DNA from: Candidatus Obscuribacteraceae bacterium
GTDB taxonomy: Bacteria; Cyanobacteriota; Vampirovibrionia; Obscuribacterales; Obscuribacteraceae
DNA: 64,000 nt
Assembly: GCA_044226015.1 (NCBI GenBank)
Contig: JBGAHS010000004.1
Coordinates: forward strand, 64,001 to 128,000
Direction: 5' to 3'
Below, piece after piece: positions 48,814 to 59,916 of this stretch. The notes under the pieces are model-generated. The model had not been told where the DNA came from. It did not search any database and saw only the letters and a program-made list of their open reading frames with translations. Numbering within the stretch: the first letter of the stretch is position 1; the number at the start of each line of letters is the position of its first letter. Both the position numbers and the translations under genes were made by a program.

Positions 48814-49257
48814 TTATTTGTCCAGCAAAAATCTTTTGATGCGTTTGTCGCAGATGCAGGCATGGTCTGCTGCCAGGAATGCATCATTTTTGATGGGATC
48901 GTTCATTGCTTCCTCTCGGCTAAGCCCCTTGCCGAAGGTTCCCTCTTCATCAAGTTCAATTTTGGATGCATCGAAAATCATGAAGCTTGGACGCTCTTCG
49001 CCCATTCGGCATTCCAATCCGAGCATCTTTCGTTGCGCCTTCGCTTGCTCGCTTGAAAAATTGCCAATACTGACAAGCATTTTTAGTCCTCTATCCAGAT
49101 GTCCGGGCGTCCAGGCGGCATAGTAAGCAGCATGAGCTTTACCGTTCTTTGAAACATAACCCCAGACGGAGATTGCATGTTCGTTGCAATCAGAACATTT
49201 TTCGAGTTTGGCGCTTTCGCCTTCCTCAATGCTGAGACCGGGAATTGGAGCCCACAT
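48814..49257 (-). CDS. Hypothetical protein (CxxC)
   Basis: 147-aa ORF with AAAGG RBS; CSDC. Confidence 0.7.
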   Translation of the reverse strand: MWAPIPGLSIEEGESAKLEKCSDCNEHAISVWGYVSKNGKAHAAYYAAWTPGHLDRGLKMLVSIGNFSSEQAKAQRKMLGLECRMGEERPSFMIFDASKIELDEEGTFGKGLSREEAMNDPIKNDAFLAADHACICDKRIKRFLLDK

Positions 49258-49370
49258 TTAACATACCTTTTGAAACTAGAGCCAGTTTAGGAGAATGAGT
49301 CTCTTTATTCAAGCTCATTTTGGTGAGATGGCGCAGGTATATAATGTTCGCGTTGTTTCTAAGAGAGGAC

Positions 49371-51041
49371 ATGATGCGTCTCGTTGAATGTGTGCCCAAT
49401 TTCAGTGAAGGTAGAAGTCAGAAAGTTCTTGATGCAATTGCAGAGGCAATTGTCAGCGTTGAAGGGGTGCGCTTACTTGATGTTGACCCTGGTAAATCAA
49501 CCAACCGAACTGTTTTTACATTCGTGGGCGAGCCCGAGCCTGTATCAAACGCCGCATTCCTGGCGATAAGCAAGGCCGCAACGCTAATCGACATGCGCAC
49601 TCACAAAGGTGAACATCCGCGTATGGGCGCGACCGATGTCTGTCCGTTCATTCCGATAGCAGGAATCTCCATGCAAGAGTGCGCTGCCCTGGCAAAGGCT
49701 CTAGGCAAGCGTGTGGGAGCAGAACTTGGTATTCCTGTATATTTGTATGCTGAAGCTGCGCAATCAGAAGAAAGACGGAATCTGGCTGATCTTCGGCAGG
49801 GCGAGTATGAGGGGCTGTCCGACAGGATGAAGAATGGTTTTCATCCAGACTTTGGTCCCAAAGAATTTAATGCACAAAGTGGTGCCACCGTCATTGGTGC
49901 TCGTCCATTTTTGATTGCATACAACGTCAATCTCAACACCAAGTCCAAAAAACTTGCCAACGATATAGCGCTAACCATCAGAGAAGCTGGAAGGGCGGCC
50001 CGAGACAGCGCTGGCAATATCATGAAGGATGAAAATGGGCAGACTCTAAAAACGCCTGGCACACTAAAAGCCTGCAAGGCGGTGGGTTGGTATGTTGATG
50101 AATATGGCAGAGCCCAGATTTCTATCAACCTTGTGGACTATCATCAAACCTCGATGGAAGCAGCATTTGATGAGTGCTCTAAGCAAGGAGAAAAACTTGG
50201 GCTGAGAGCCACCGGAAGCGAAATTGTTGGTATGGTGCCACTGGATGCGGTGCTTCAATCTGGACGCTATTATCTGAAAAAACAAGGGCGAAGCACTGGC
50301 GTTTCGGAAGCCGAACTCATCGCGAGTGCAGTAATGTCACTTGGTTTGGCTGAACTCAGCCCGTTTGATCCGCAAAAGAAAATCATCGAATACGCGATTC
50401 AACCCGAAGCAAAGCTTCTGCGCAAAATGACGCTCTGTGATTTTGCCGACGAGCTAGCAAGTGAATCTCCAGCGCCTGGTGGCGGCAGTGTTGCCGCTCT
50501 CTGTGGCTCTCTTTCAGCTTCTCTGGCTGCCATGGTAGCTAACTTGACTTTTGGCAAGAAAGGTTTCGAGTCACTCAACCCTCTCATGGATGAAACTGCG
50601 GTCAAAGCTCAGTCGCTTAAGCAAAAGTTCTTGCTCGCTATTGATCAAGACACTGCTGCCTTCAATAAGATTGCGCTGGCAAGCAAAATGGCTAAAGATA
50701 CTCCGGAAAATAAAAAGCTAAGAGTAGAAGCAATTGAACAAGCGCAAAAGGAAGCCACTCTAGTGCCATTCTCTGTTCTCAGCCTGGCGCTTGAGGCTAT
50801 AGCTCTAGCCGAAGAAATGTTCGAAAAGGGCAATCCTAATACCTTGAGTGATGCTGGAGTAGCCGGACTGACAGCTCGTGCATGTGGTGATGCAGCACTC
50901 TACAACGTATTAATTAACCTGCCAGGCGTTGCTGATCAGGATTTTGTCCAGGGCACAAAGTCAGAGTCCTTGCGCCTTGCTGCTTCGCTGCGTGAGCGAT
51001 GCGAAGCGCTGCACGCTAAGGCGCTTGGCAAGCTTGCCTAG
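49371..51041 (+). CDS. ftcD: Bifunctional glutamate formiminotransferase/formiminotetrahydrofolate cyclodeaminase
   Basis: LVECVPNFSEGR, HKGEHPRMGA.DV.PF, LASESPAPGGGS; ATG after GAGG. Confidence 0.95.
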   Translation: MMRLVECVPNFSEGRSQKVLDAIAEAIVSVEGVRLLDVDPGKSTNRTVFTFVGEPEPVSNAAFLAISKAATLIDMRTHKGEHPRMGATDVCPFIPIAGISMQECAALAKALGKRVGAELGIPVYLYAEAAQSEERRNLADLRQGEYEGLSDRMKNGFHPDFGPKEFNAQSGATVIGARPFLIAYNVNLNTKSKKLANDIALTIREAGRAARDSAGNIMKDENGQTLKTPGTLKACKAVGWYVDEYGRAQISINLVDYHQTSMEAAFDECSKQGEKLGLRATGSEIVGMVPLDAVLQSGRYYLKKQGRSTGVSEAELIASAVMSLGLAELSPFDPQKKIIEYAIQPEAKLLRKMTLCDFADELASESPAPGGGSVAALCGSLSASLAAMVANLTFGKKGFESLNPLMDETAVKAQSLKQKFLLAIDQDTAAFNKIALASKMAKDTPENKKLRVEAIEQAQKEATLVPFSVLSLALEAIALAEEMFEKGNPNTLSDAGVAGLTARACGDAALYNVLINLPGVADQDFVQGTKSESLRLAASLRERCEALHAKALGKLA

Positions 51042-51262
51042 TCCGCACTGTTTTGAACTCAGTTCCGCAATTAAAGGAACGCCAAGTTAAAGTGCCTATC
51101 GATGCAATTGATGGCCACTGATTGGCGGTATCTGAGTTGTTGTTGGCAACTCGTTATCTGCTCATTTTTATAAAAACAGTTAGAGCATGCTTAAGCAGCT
51201 GAAAGATGGGTTAAAACCTGCTTGAATATATGCTCTGGACTGACCAATTATAGAGATTAACT

Positions 51263-52555
51263 ATGAGCAAAACTGTTGACAAGTTGCCTGAATACACAGA
51301 ACTGAGAAATGAGTGGGAAACCGATGAGTTTCTGCAGATTCAGAAACGCTTTGATAAAGCTGCACAACTGCTCAAAATTGACAAAGAAATTTCGGCTCCG
51401 ATGCGTCACCCCAAAAGATGCTTGACTGTGATGGTGCCGACTCGCTTGGATGATGGTCGGGTCAGAACTTTTGTCGGTTATCGCGTACACCATGATGTGG
51501 CATTGGGACCCGGCAAAGGTGGCATTAGATATCACGAGAACACCAATCTGGGCGAAGTTGCCGCTATGGCAATGTTGATGACCTGGAAATGTGCCCTTTT
51601 AGACCTTCCGTTTGGCGGCGCTCACGGCGGAATAAATCTAAACCCGCATACGCTGAGTCAGCGTGAACTCGAGCGAGTCACAAGAAGATATACCTCGGAA
51701 ATTATTAGTTTGATTGGACCTGATTCCGACGTTCCGGGTCCTGACTTGAACACAAATCAGCAGACTATGGCGTGGATTATGGACACCTTCAGTGTCAATA
51801 AAGGCTACACGATACCATCAGTGGTGACAGGAAAACCGCGTCTTATTGGCGGCTCGCTGGGAATGCTCGAAGCTACTGGACATGGTGTTGCATTCTGCAC
51901 AAGAAAATTAGCTGAACATCTCAAGCTAGGAAAGTCACCGTCGGTAGTGATTCAGGGGATGGGTCAAGTCGGTTCAGTTGTAGCAACAAGCTTAAATCAA
52001 GCCGGTTTCACCGTGCTCGGAGTTTCGGATAGCTCTGGTGGTGTTTATGACAAGAACGGGCTGGATGTGCCAGCTCTATTGCGCCACGTTGAACAGCACA
52101 ACTCGCTGAAGAACTTCCCTGGTGGAAAAGAAGTCAGCAATGAAGAGCTGCTAGAACTGCAATGCGACATTCTCGTACCTTGTGCAGTTCCATATGTAAT
52201 TCACAAAGACAACGCAGCAAAGCTGAACTGTAAAGCTATTATCGAAGGCGCAAATGCTCCTGTGACGATCGACGCAGAGAAGATTCTTGCTGAAAGAAAC
52301 ATTCAGGTCTTCCCCGATGTTGTAGCAAATGCCTCTGGTGTGACGGCTGGCTATTTTGAGTGGGTGCAAGGCATCATGCATCTGTTCTGGACTGAACAAG
52401 AAGTTTACGAGCGTCTGGACAAGTTGATCAACAAAGCAACTGAGAAGACCCTTGCACGCGCTGAAGAGAAGAAAACAGATTTGCGCACAGCCGCTATCTC
52501 GCTAGCAGTTGAGCGCTTGTTTGAAGCTCGCAACGCTCGTGGCTTGTATCCATAG
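51263..52555 (+). CDS. Glu/Leu/Phe/Val dehydrogenase family protein (catalytic Lys replaced by His)
   Basis: GPGKGGIR, MTWK, FGGAHGG, VVTGKP..IGGSLG, EGAN.P, YFEWVQ. Confidence 0.88.
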   Translation: MSKTVDKLPEYTELRNEWETDEFLQIQKRFDKAAQLLKIDKEISAPMRHPKRCLTVMVPTRLDDGRVRTFVGYRVHHDVALGPGKGGIRYHENTNLGEVAAMAMLMTWKCALLDLPFGGAHGGINLNPHTLSQRELERVTRRYTSEIISLIGPDSDVPGPDLNTNQQTMAWIMDTFSVNKGYTIPSVVTGKPRLIGGSLGMLEATGHGVAFCTRKLAEHLKLGKSPSVVIQGMGQVGSVVATSLNQAGFTVLGVSDSSGGVYDKNGLDVPALLRHVEQHNSLKNFPGGKEVSNEELLELQCDILVPCAVPYVIHKDNAAKLNCKAIIEGANAPVTIDAEKILAERNIQVFPDVVANASGVTAGYFEWVQGIMHLFWTEQEVYERLDKLINKATEKTLARAEEKKTDLRTAAISLAVERLFEARNARGLYP

Positions 52556-52563
52556 TTCGCTTC

Positions 52564-53544
52564 TTAGTGTTTTAGAGAATCTGCGAACACAACTATCGTG
52601 TGTGTCAGGTATTGAATGCCACCATACACAACAAGTGCTGAAGTGAAAAGCCAGAGCAATATTGTGATTTGAATAGGTCTGTCTTTGAGCAGAACCTCTT
52701 CTGGTGTTCCAGTATTAGCATTCTTTTCCGTGGACAATTGTTGGTAGCGCATCAAGCCATAGATGACAAATGGCACGGTGAGCATCATCCATTGACCGTG
52801 GATTGATTGAAAGCTGTAGAACACGTATGAGGTTAGAAGGCTGGGAAGTATGAGTGATTCCAGTCTATCTAAAAACTGAATGGTGTAACCTTGCAGGGCT
52901 TTCCTGTGCAGGTCTGCTTGATTTTGCAAAACAGATAATTCGTTTCGACGTTTCTCCAGAGCCAGAAAGATTGCGCCCAAGCCGGTGCAAAGAAGAAACC
53001 ATCCGGACATAGGAACGTGGACTGCCACTGCTCCTGCAACTGCGCGCAAAAGAAAACCTGCTGCAATCGAGAGTACATCCAGCAAAGAAATGTGCTTCAA
53101 CACATAAGAATAAGCGACTGTGAGAATTAGATATGCGATGAGAACCAGCGTCAATGCCGGTCTGACTAGAAAGCTCAAGGCGAGTGCCGAAGGGGCTAAT
53201 ATTGCCGCCATCGTCCACGCTGTTGAAATGCTGACTTCACCGGCTGCAATCGGGCGGCGACATTTCGTCGGATGCTTTTTATCGGCTTCGCAATCGAGAA
53301 TGTCGTTGACTATGTAAATGGAGCTGGAGATAAGGCAGAAGGACGCCACGCATAAGCATTCATCCAAGAGGAGATTGAGGTTGTTTGCCTTTGCCGCAAA
53401 GAGAAGTGGGGCAAAGGCAATAAAGTTTTTCGGCCACTGTTTTGGACGCATGACCCGTAAGAGAGGCATGCTCCTTTTCTTTGTAGCTGTGTCGGTGGCG
53501 GTTTCGGGTGCTTGCACGTGCGGATCAATCCTTTCCATGATCAT
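52564..53544 (-). CDS. UbiA-family decaprenyl-phosphate phosphoribosyltransferase-like protein
   Basis: RPKQW.KN, YIVNDILD..AD..HPTK..RPIA.G, LKH..LLDV, KRRNE. Confidence 0.9.
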   Translation of the reverse strand: MIMERIDPHVQAPETATDTATKKRSMPLLRVMRPKQWPKNFIAFAPLLFAAKANNLNLLLDECLCVASFCLISSSIYIVNDILDCEADKKHPTKCRRPIAAGEVSISTAWTMAAILAPSALALSFLVRPALTLVLIAYLILTVAYSYVLKHISLLDVLSIAAGFLLRAVAGAVAVHVPMSGWFLLCTGLGAIFLALEKRRNELSVLQNQADLHRKALQGYTIQFLDRLESLILPSLLTSYVFYSFQSIHGQWMMLTVPFVIYGLMRYQQLSTEKNANTGTPEEVLLKDRPIQITILLWLFTSALVVYGGIQYLTHTIVVFADSLKH

Positions 53545-53600
53545 GTACCCAAAATCTTATGGGCTGGCACAGGCTGTCCGCGTTCAGTTTTATCAGCAGT

Positions 53601-54533
53601 CTAAGTCAAACAACATGCTTCAAGAGCAGGGTGAACTTTGATTTTGTCGACGTATTTGGCTACGTCTTCCTCTTTTCTCAGAATGCCATCTTCTGTCACC
53701 AATCCGGCGATCCAGTTGAAAGGGATCAGCTCGAACTGGCGGTTAATTACTTTGACATTTGCTGGAGCCGAATCCCAGATTTCCGATCCTGGTCTTTGAT
53801 GGTCTTCGAAAGAGAAGAGCCAATCGTCACTGACGAACTTTTCCGTCCCTGCCAGCGCGAAAATAGGAATTTTCAGCTCGCGGCAGGCAAGAGCTAGAAG
53901 CCATGAGCCAACCTTGTTTACGATGCCAGGTCTGGCGACTGCGTCAACACCCATGAAAGCGACCCTGCAGCTTGGCAGAAAGAGTCCCATTGCAGAGTCA
54001 AACGTGTGGGTGACTTCAACTCCGGCTGAAGCCAGCATGTCAGCTAGTTTTCTCCCTTCCATGCTGGGACGTGACTCGGTGCAAACCACGCGAAATGGTT
54101 TTTGCTGGCTTTTGGCATTCAGCAGGCTTGAAACCACTGTTGAACTGAATGAATAGGCAAAAACCGTTTCGCCCCACGGAACCAACTTGCTTGTTGCCTC
54201 AGCTATGACAGAAGCACTGTTGCAGAGACGGTTTTCGAAGTTGTCCGCTACTTGTTGGCAGTTTTCTCTCAAGTCGAGCAAGTCAGAATGCTTGTCGGCT
54301 TCGAAAAGCATGTCATTGGCAAGATTGAATAACGGAGCCATTGCCGGTTGTCCCTTGATAAGCTCAGCTGAGACCCTGGCTAAATCAGCCCGGGCTGAGC
54401 TTACGCTGGAAGCATTGTCCAGAATGAATCTGTAGATGTTGATAGCTCTGAGTCCAAGCTCTGCTGCGCCAGAGGTGAGATCGTCAGCTATTGTGGATAC
54501 CATTTGCTGTAAATCTTGGGAACTACCCATCAC
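53601..54533 (-). CDS. eIF-2B/ribose-1,5-bisphosphate isomerase-like family protein
   Basis: SGAAEL, QPAMAPL, YSFSSTV, TESRP..EG, GVDAV, VNKVGS, FELIP. Confidence 0.85.
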   Translation of the reverse strand: MMGSSQDLQQMVSTIADDLTSGAAELGLRAINIYRFILDNASSVSSARADLARVSAELIKGQPAMAPLFNLANDMLFEADKHSDLLDLRENCQQVADNFENRLCNSASVIAEATSKLVPWGETVFAYSFSSTVVSSLLNAKSQQKPFRVVCTESRPSMEGRKLADMLASAGVEVTHTFDSAMGLFLPSCRVAFMGVDAVARPGIVNKVGSWLLALACRELKIPIFALAGTEKFVSDDWLFSFEDHQRPGSEIWDSAPANVKVINRQFELIPFNWIAGLVTEDGILRKEEDVAKYVDKIKVHPALEACCLT

Positions 54534-54953
54534 GTTATCCTCATGTCAATTTTTGCCAGCTGTTCTTACTATATCGATTTTTTGTATGACTGATGCCAGT
54601 CTTTCTAAACATAATATATTTCCTGGCAAGAAAGTTTTGAATGACTGCGGTCACATTAGTGAGATGACTTTTGCCGGATGGCGAAAGCGCGCTTGAGGCG
54701 TAGGATGAGATTACTTTGATGCCTTATAAGTGTGGAGCTGAAGAAATGAATAATCGCCTCACCGTCCTGTGGCTAGCAGGGCTGACTGTTTACGTTTCCT
54801 GTGTTTCGAACGATGTTTACCGAGTTCTGAAAAATGTCGAAAATGGGCAGTATTGCACGATGAAATACATGGAGAAAAGCGTGCCAATTTTGCACAAGCT
54901 AAAGCATTCTCGCTATCTAGCTGACGAAATGAAAGCGGCTGATGCAAATGAAA

Positions 54954-56561
54954 CTAAGGTGCACTAATTTGTTCGACGGCTGATTTCATTTGTCTTGTCA
55001 GAATGCTTTGCTTGCTTGTTTCTGTCAAATGTGACCAGGGCAGGCACTCGTCTAGCGGAATCTCTCGGTAGATGTAAAAATCAGAGCCGGGGTGCTCAAG
55101 ATCTCTGGCTTTGAAGGCTCTCTTCCAGTCTCCAAGTTTTCCGCTAGTATTTGCAAGTTGCAAGAGCAATGGCGTTACTCGACGATCGGCCCGACTCAAG
55201 AAAGTTTGAATGTCACTCCAGTTGTGGCTTTCTGTCCGCACATCAATGCCAATCTTTGAAAGTTTCTTGCGCAAATATTCAAGCTTGTCCCCAGAGGCTT
55301 TGTCTCTGCCGCTCCATTGGAACGGAGTCTGTGCTTTGGGGACAAATGAGCTGACACCAAATACGATGCGTAGCTTCTTGAAGCGTTTCTTGATTTCGCT
55401 CAAAAGACGCACTGTCTCATCCAGGTCTGCATCTATTTCTCCAGGCAGTCCAACGATGCCATAGAACTTCACTTGTTCTATGCCGCTGCTTGCAATTAGC
55501 TCCATTCCCTGCCAAATTTCTTGTTCTGTGAGATTCTTTCTCATGATTTTGCGCAGTCTTTCAGAGCCCGATTCAAGCGCTATGGTGACCGATTTTTGTC
55601 CAAGAGCTACTAACATTTTCAGAATCAGAGGGTCGATTGTGTCCATGCGAATTGATGAAATCGAAACCTTCAACTCTGGTCTTTTTATAAGCTCTTCTGC
55701 GAGTTCGGAAAAGGCGGGGTGCTCAGTCACTGATGGTCCAAGAATACCAACGCGCTTTGTGTGCTGCATTGCCATATCTATTTTCGCCAGGACAGTAGAG
55801 ATGTTTGCCGAACGAAACGGACGAGTTAAGTAGCTTGCAAGGCAAAACCTGCACTCCTGTGGGCAACTGCGCACGAGTTCTAGCAAAAACATATCGCCCC
55901 AGCTTCCGTCGGGGCTCAAAATTACTGAATGCGCAAGATAGTCATCTGCTGCCGTGTATATTTGTTTCTTTGGGGGGTCAATGCTATCGGTGATGCCTTC
56001 AATTCGTTCAATGGGACCGTCTTTTTCTGCGCATACATATCTGAACATCGAAGGCACGTAGGCACCAGGGGCGGTGCTCAAGATTTCGAGTTGTTCTTTT
56101 CTCGATTTTGCATGGCGAGCCTTCCTCCATGCGGAGACTAAGCCGGGAATGGTTATCTCTGCATCGCCAAGCAAAATCACATCGAAAAACTCAGCGAAGG
56201 GTTCTGGGTTGGCCGAAAGACTTGGTCCGCCGCCGAATACAATTGGGCAGTTTATGTCGCGCTCTGAAGCCAAAAGCGGTACGGAAGCGCTCTTCATCAT
56301 AGAAAGGATATTGAAATAATCCAATTCCCATGAAAGGGTGAAACCTAAAAGTTCTGAGCTTTCCCATCCGCTTTCGGCGATATCAGTGAATGTTCGCGAG
56401 ACTTCTACATCGGGCTCATGTTCTAAGAGCCACCAAATCAATTGATAACCTAAGCCGGACATTCCTACTGTGTACGTGTTCGGATATGCCCAAGAAATCT
56501 TTATTTCAGGACTGGACTTTTGGGGTCGGCGAACCAGCAGTATTTCGTTTTTAAAGCTCAT
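54954..56561 (-). CDS. Radical SAM protein with a B12-binding-like N-terminal domain
   Basis: YPNTY.VGMS.LG, GGP...NPEP, CPQECRFC, FVPKAQTPFQW. Confidence 0.92.
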   Translation of the reverse strand: MSFKNEILLVRRPQKSSPEIKISWAYPNTYTVGMSGLGYQLIWWLLEHEPDVEVSRTFTDIAESGWESSELLGFTLSWELDYFNILSMMKSASVPLLASERDINCPIVFGGGPSLSANPEPFAEFFDVILLGDAEITIPGLVSAWRKARHAKSRKEQLEILSTAPGAYVPSMFRYVCAEKDGPIERIEGITDSIDPPKKQIYTAADDYLAHSVILSPDGSWGDMFLLELVRSCPQECRFCLASYLTRPFRSANISTVLAKIDMAMQHTKRVGILGPSVTEHPAFSELAEELIKRPELKVSISSIRMDTIDPLILKMLVALGQKSVTIALESGSERLRKIMRKNLTEQEIWQGMELIASSGIEQVKFYGIVGLPGEIDADLDETVRLLSEIKKRFKKLRIVFGVSSFVPKAQTPFQWSGRDKASGDKLEYLRKKLSKIGIDVRTESHNWSDIQTFLSRADRRVTPLLLQLANTSGKLGDWKRAFKARDLEHPGSDFYIYREIPLDECLPWSHLTETSKQSILTRQMKSAVEQISAP

Positions 56562-56783
56562 GGCTTGATTATACTTGGAATCTAAAGCTGCTGGCAGGGG
56601 CGCTCAGGTAGTTTGAAGAACTGATACAAGCACTTGAAAAACGGGCGGAGAGAACAAGAGCTGCTGACTTGAAGATTCCCTTACGAGCGCTACTGCACAT
56701 CCAGAAAGCATATCTTAAGCAGCTGAGCTTGGCATATCGACTGGTACAGCCAGGCGTTAGAAATGATTTCAGAGGCGAATCAC

Positions 56784-56823
56784 ATCGCGTCGCATCGAAT
56801 CGAATCTCGTCGAATCGCGTCTT
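56784..56823. repeat. Degenerate pentanucleotide microsatellite (RTCGM)n
   Basis: atcgc gtcgc atcga atcga atctc gtcga atcgc gtctt. Confidence 0.7.
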
Positions 56824-56982
56824 CTGAAGCGCAGCTGATGATGGCAGGGCAATCAAAATAGTCCAGAAAAGAAACGAGAGGCTTTGAAGAGCCTCTCGAA
56901 TTGGTTTTTGGACTAGGTGAGCCGTCACCATATTTGGTATCAGGCTGTGGACTGGTAAGGGAAAAACAGAACGAAGTAAAAA

Positions 56983-57462
56983 TTATGCGGACACAGCTTT
57001 TGCTGAACGTTTGTTGTTTTTCTTAGGCAGGTGTTTTTGCCAGTCGTCTCCTAGCGAGGCAAAAAATTCATGCGCATCAAGCACGTCATCGTAATTTATA
57101 CGAGTGGCTTTTGATAGCCGTTGGATATCCGACCTGCTCCAGTCGGCGGGATAAGGTGTATCTTCCTCAATGGAAGGCAGAGAGGATTTATTGCGAGCCT
57201 GTCTTCGTGGCGGTGCCTGATAAGCACCAGGATTATTGCCACTCATTCCGACCAACGCTATACCTAGTGGTTGACCGCAACTACAACAGGTCACGCGCAC
57301 TACAACCATGCCAGGTTCTTCTCTGATAAGTTCAATTCCATCTGCAATAAAGTTCTTATCGCAGTGTTTACATGTTCTTTGTTGGAAGTACTCTTTGATC
57401 AAATGGAAACCATTGCCTTGGGAACTCCCTTCAGGGTAATTGCCGCCGCAAGATTCATACAT
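56983..57462 (-). CDS. Hypothetical protein with a putative zinc ribbon
   Basis: CKHC...CCSC; C-terminal I.YDDVLDAHEF. Confidence 0.75.
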   Translation of the reverse strand: MYESCGGNYPEGSSQGNGFHLIKEYFQQRTCKHCDKNFIADGIELIREEPGMVVVRVTCCSCGQPLGIALVGMSGNNPGAYQAPPRRQARNKSSLPSIEEDTPYPADWSRSDIQRLSKATRINYDDVLDAHEFFASLGDDWQKHLPKKNNKRSAKAVSA

Positions 57463-57928
57463 ATCGAACCACCAGTTCTAGTAACTAGAGAAACCGAATG
57501 ATACCACTGCTAGTTTCATCAACTTTGAGGATGTGATCCGCAAAAGCCATACAGCTCTTTCGAATAGAAAGATTATAACTGAACTATTGAAACTGAAAAG
57601 AGCTTTTTTCCTATTTCGCGATATTTTCTTCAGTAATATCAAATATGATGGCAAATATTTTCTGCATATCTTGGCCGTTATCACTATATCGGTATCACAT
57701 CATGTTCTGATAATTGCAGAATATGCGGTTTCCGGAGAACTTGTTGCTGATAAATCAGTACTAAGGATGGTGTCATGGGGGACTGCCACCAAATTAGACT
57801 TTTTCAAGTGATACCAGAGATGTGCCACCATGGGTGCAACTACTTTTTCTTCACTCCAGCTAATCTGGTTTCTAATTTCCAGGCTGCCTGATTATGCGTT
57901 TTGATACAGTCTGGTAGCTCTTGCATGA

Positions 57929-59368
<1,440 letters not shown>

Positions 59369-59382
59369 ATTCCTCGAGTAGG

Positions 59383-59823
59383 GCACTAAATGTGGTGCTT
59401 TGCTCGGTCTGAGATCTTGGGCGCACTAAATATGGTGTGCAATTAAATCAAGGCAAAAAGAGAGGTCTGACTCTGGTCGAGACCTCTCTTTGCTTTTGTA
59501 TGCTGGAACAGGGCTAATTACTTCGCTATCTGGCACGCACTGCTTGCAGTGGCATGGCAATATTGGGCACCATGCGCAGTGCGACACTATTTGTGGTGGC
59601 AAGGTGGCTGCTTGAGGCGTGTCCCTGCATGTGGTGGCAAATTCCGGACTGCTGCCTTGGAGGGCACTATATCTGGCCTCGGGCGGGAAACCTTTGCCTG
59701 CTAGCGCTTTTGGAAGCTCTTTGTTTTGAGAAAATCCCATCCTTATATATGTATTCGCGCTAATGATTTTGCTGTGAAAGATCCGAACATGCTTGTAAGC
59801 AATAGTGATACCATGTCTAGTGC
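59383..59823. repeat. Cluster of 16-bp NrdR-box-like palindromes
   Basis: Copies at 59383, 59423, 59584, 59622 (weak), 59664 and 59808. Confidence 0.55.
59457..59497 (+). terminator. Terminator-like hairpin downstream of eno
   Basis: AAAGAGAGGTCT...AGACCTCTCTTT 12-bp stem with a T-rich tail. Confidence 0.7.
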
Positions 59824-59868
59824 TTGGGAGTCTTGAGCAAGCAAAGTTGAACGGACTTGCCCTGAAAC

Positions 59869-59894
59869 AAAAAGGCACCGGGAAGGTGCCTTTT
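59869..59894. terminator. Bidirectional rho-independent terminator
   Basis: AAAAGGCACC-gggaa-GGTGCCTTTT. Confidence 0.8.
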
Positions 59895-59916
59895 AACTTT
59901 CAATTTTTTGCCCAGT

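Noticed and set aside
54716..54967. 83-aa + strand ORF
   Set aside because: No clear RBS or recognisable motif; cannot be supported, though not excluded
56569..56931. 120-aa minus-strand ORF
   Set aside because: Crosses a microsatellite and has atypical composition; not supportable as a gene
59383..59823. Palindrome cluster as a CRISPR array
   Set aside because: Copies are only 16 bp, degenerate and irregularly spaced; no cas genes
59426..59878. 150-aa and 69-aa ORFs in the eno downstream spacer
   Set aside because: No RBS, atypical composition, and the longer one runs through terminator hairpins
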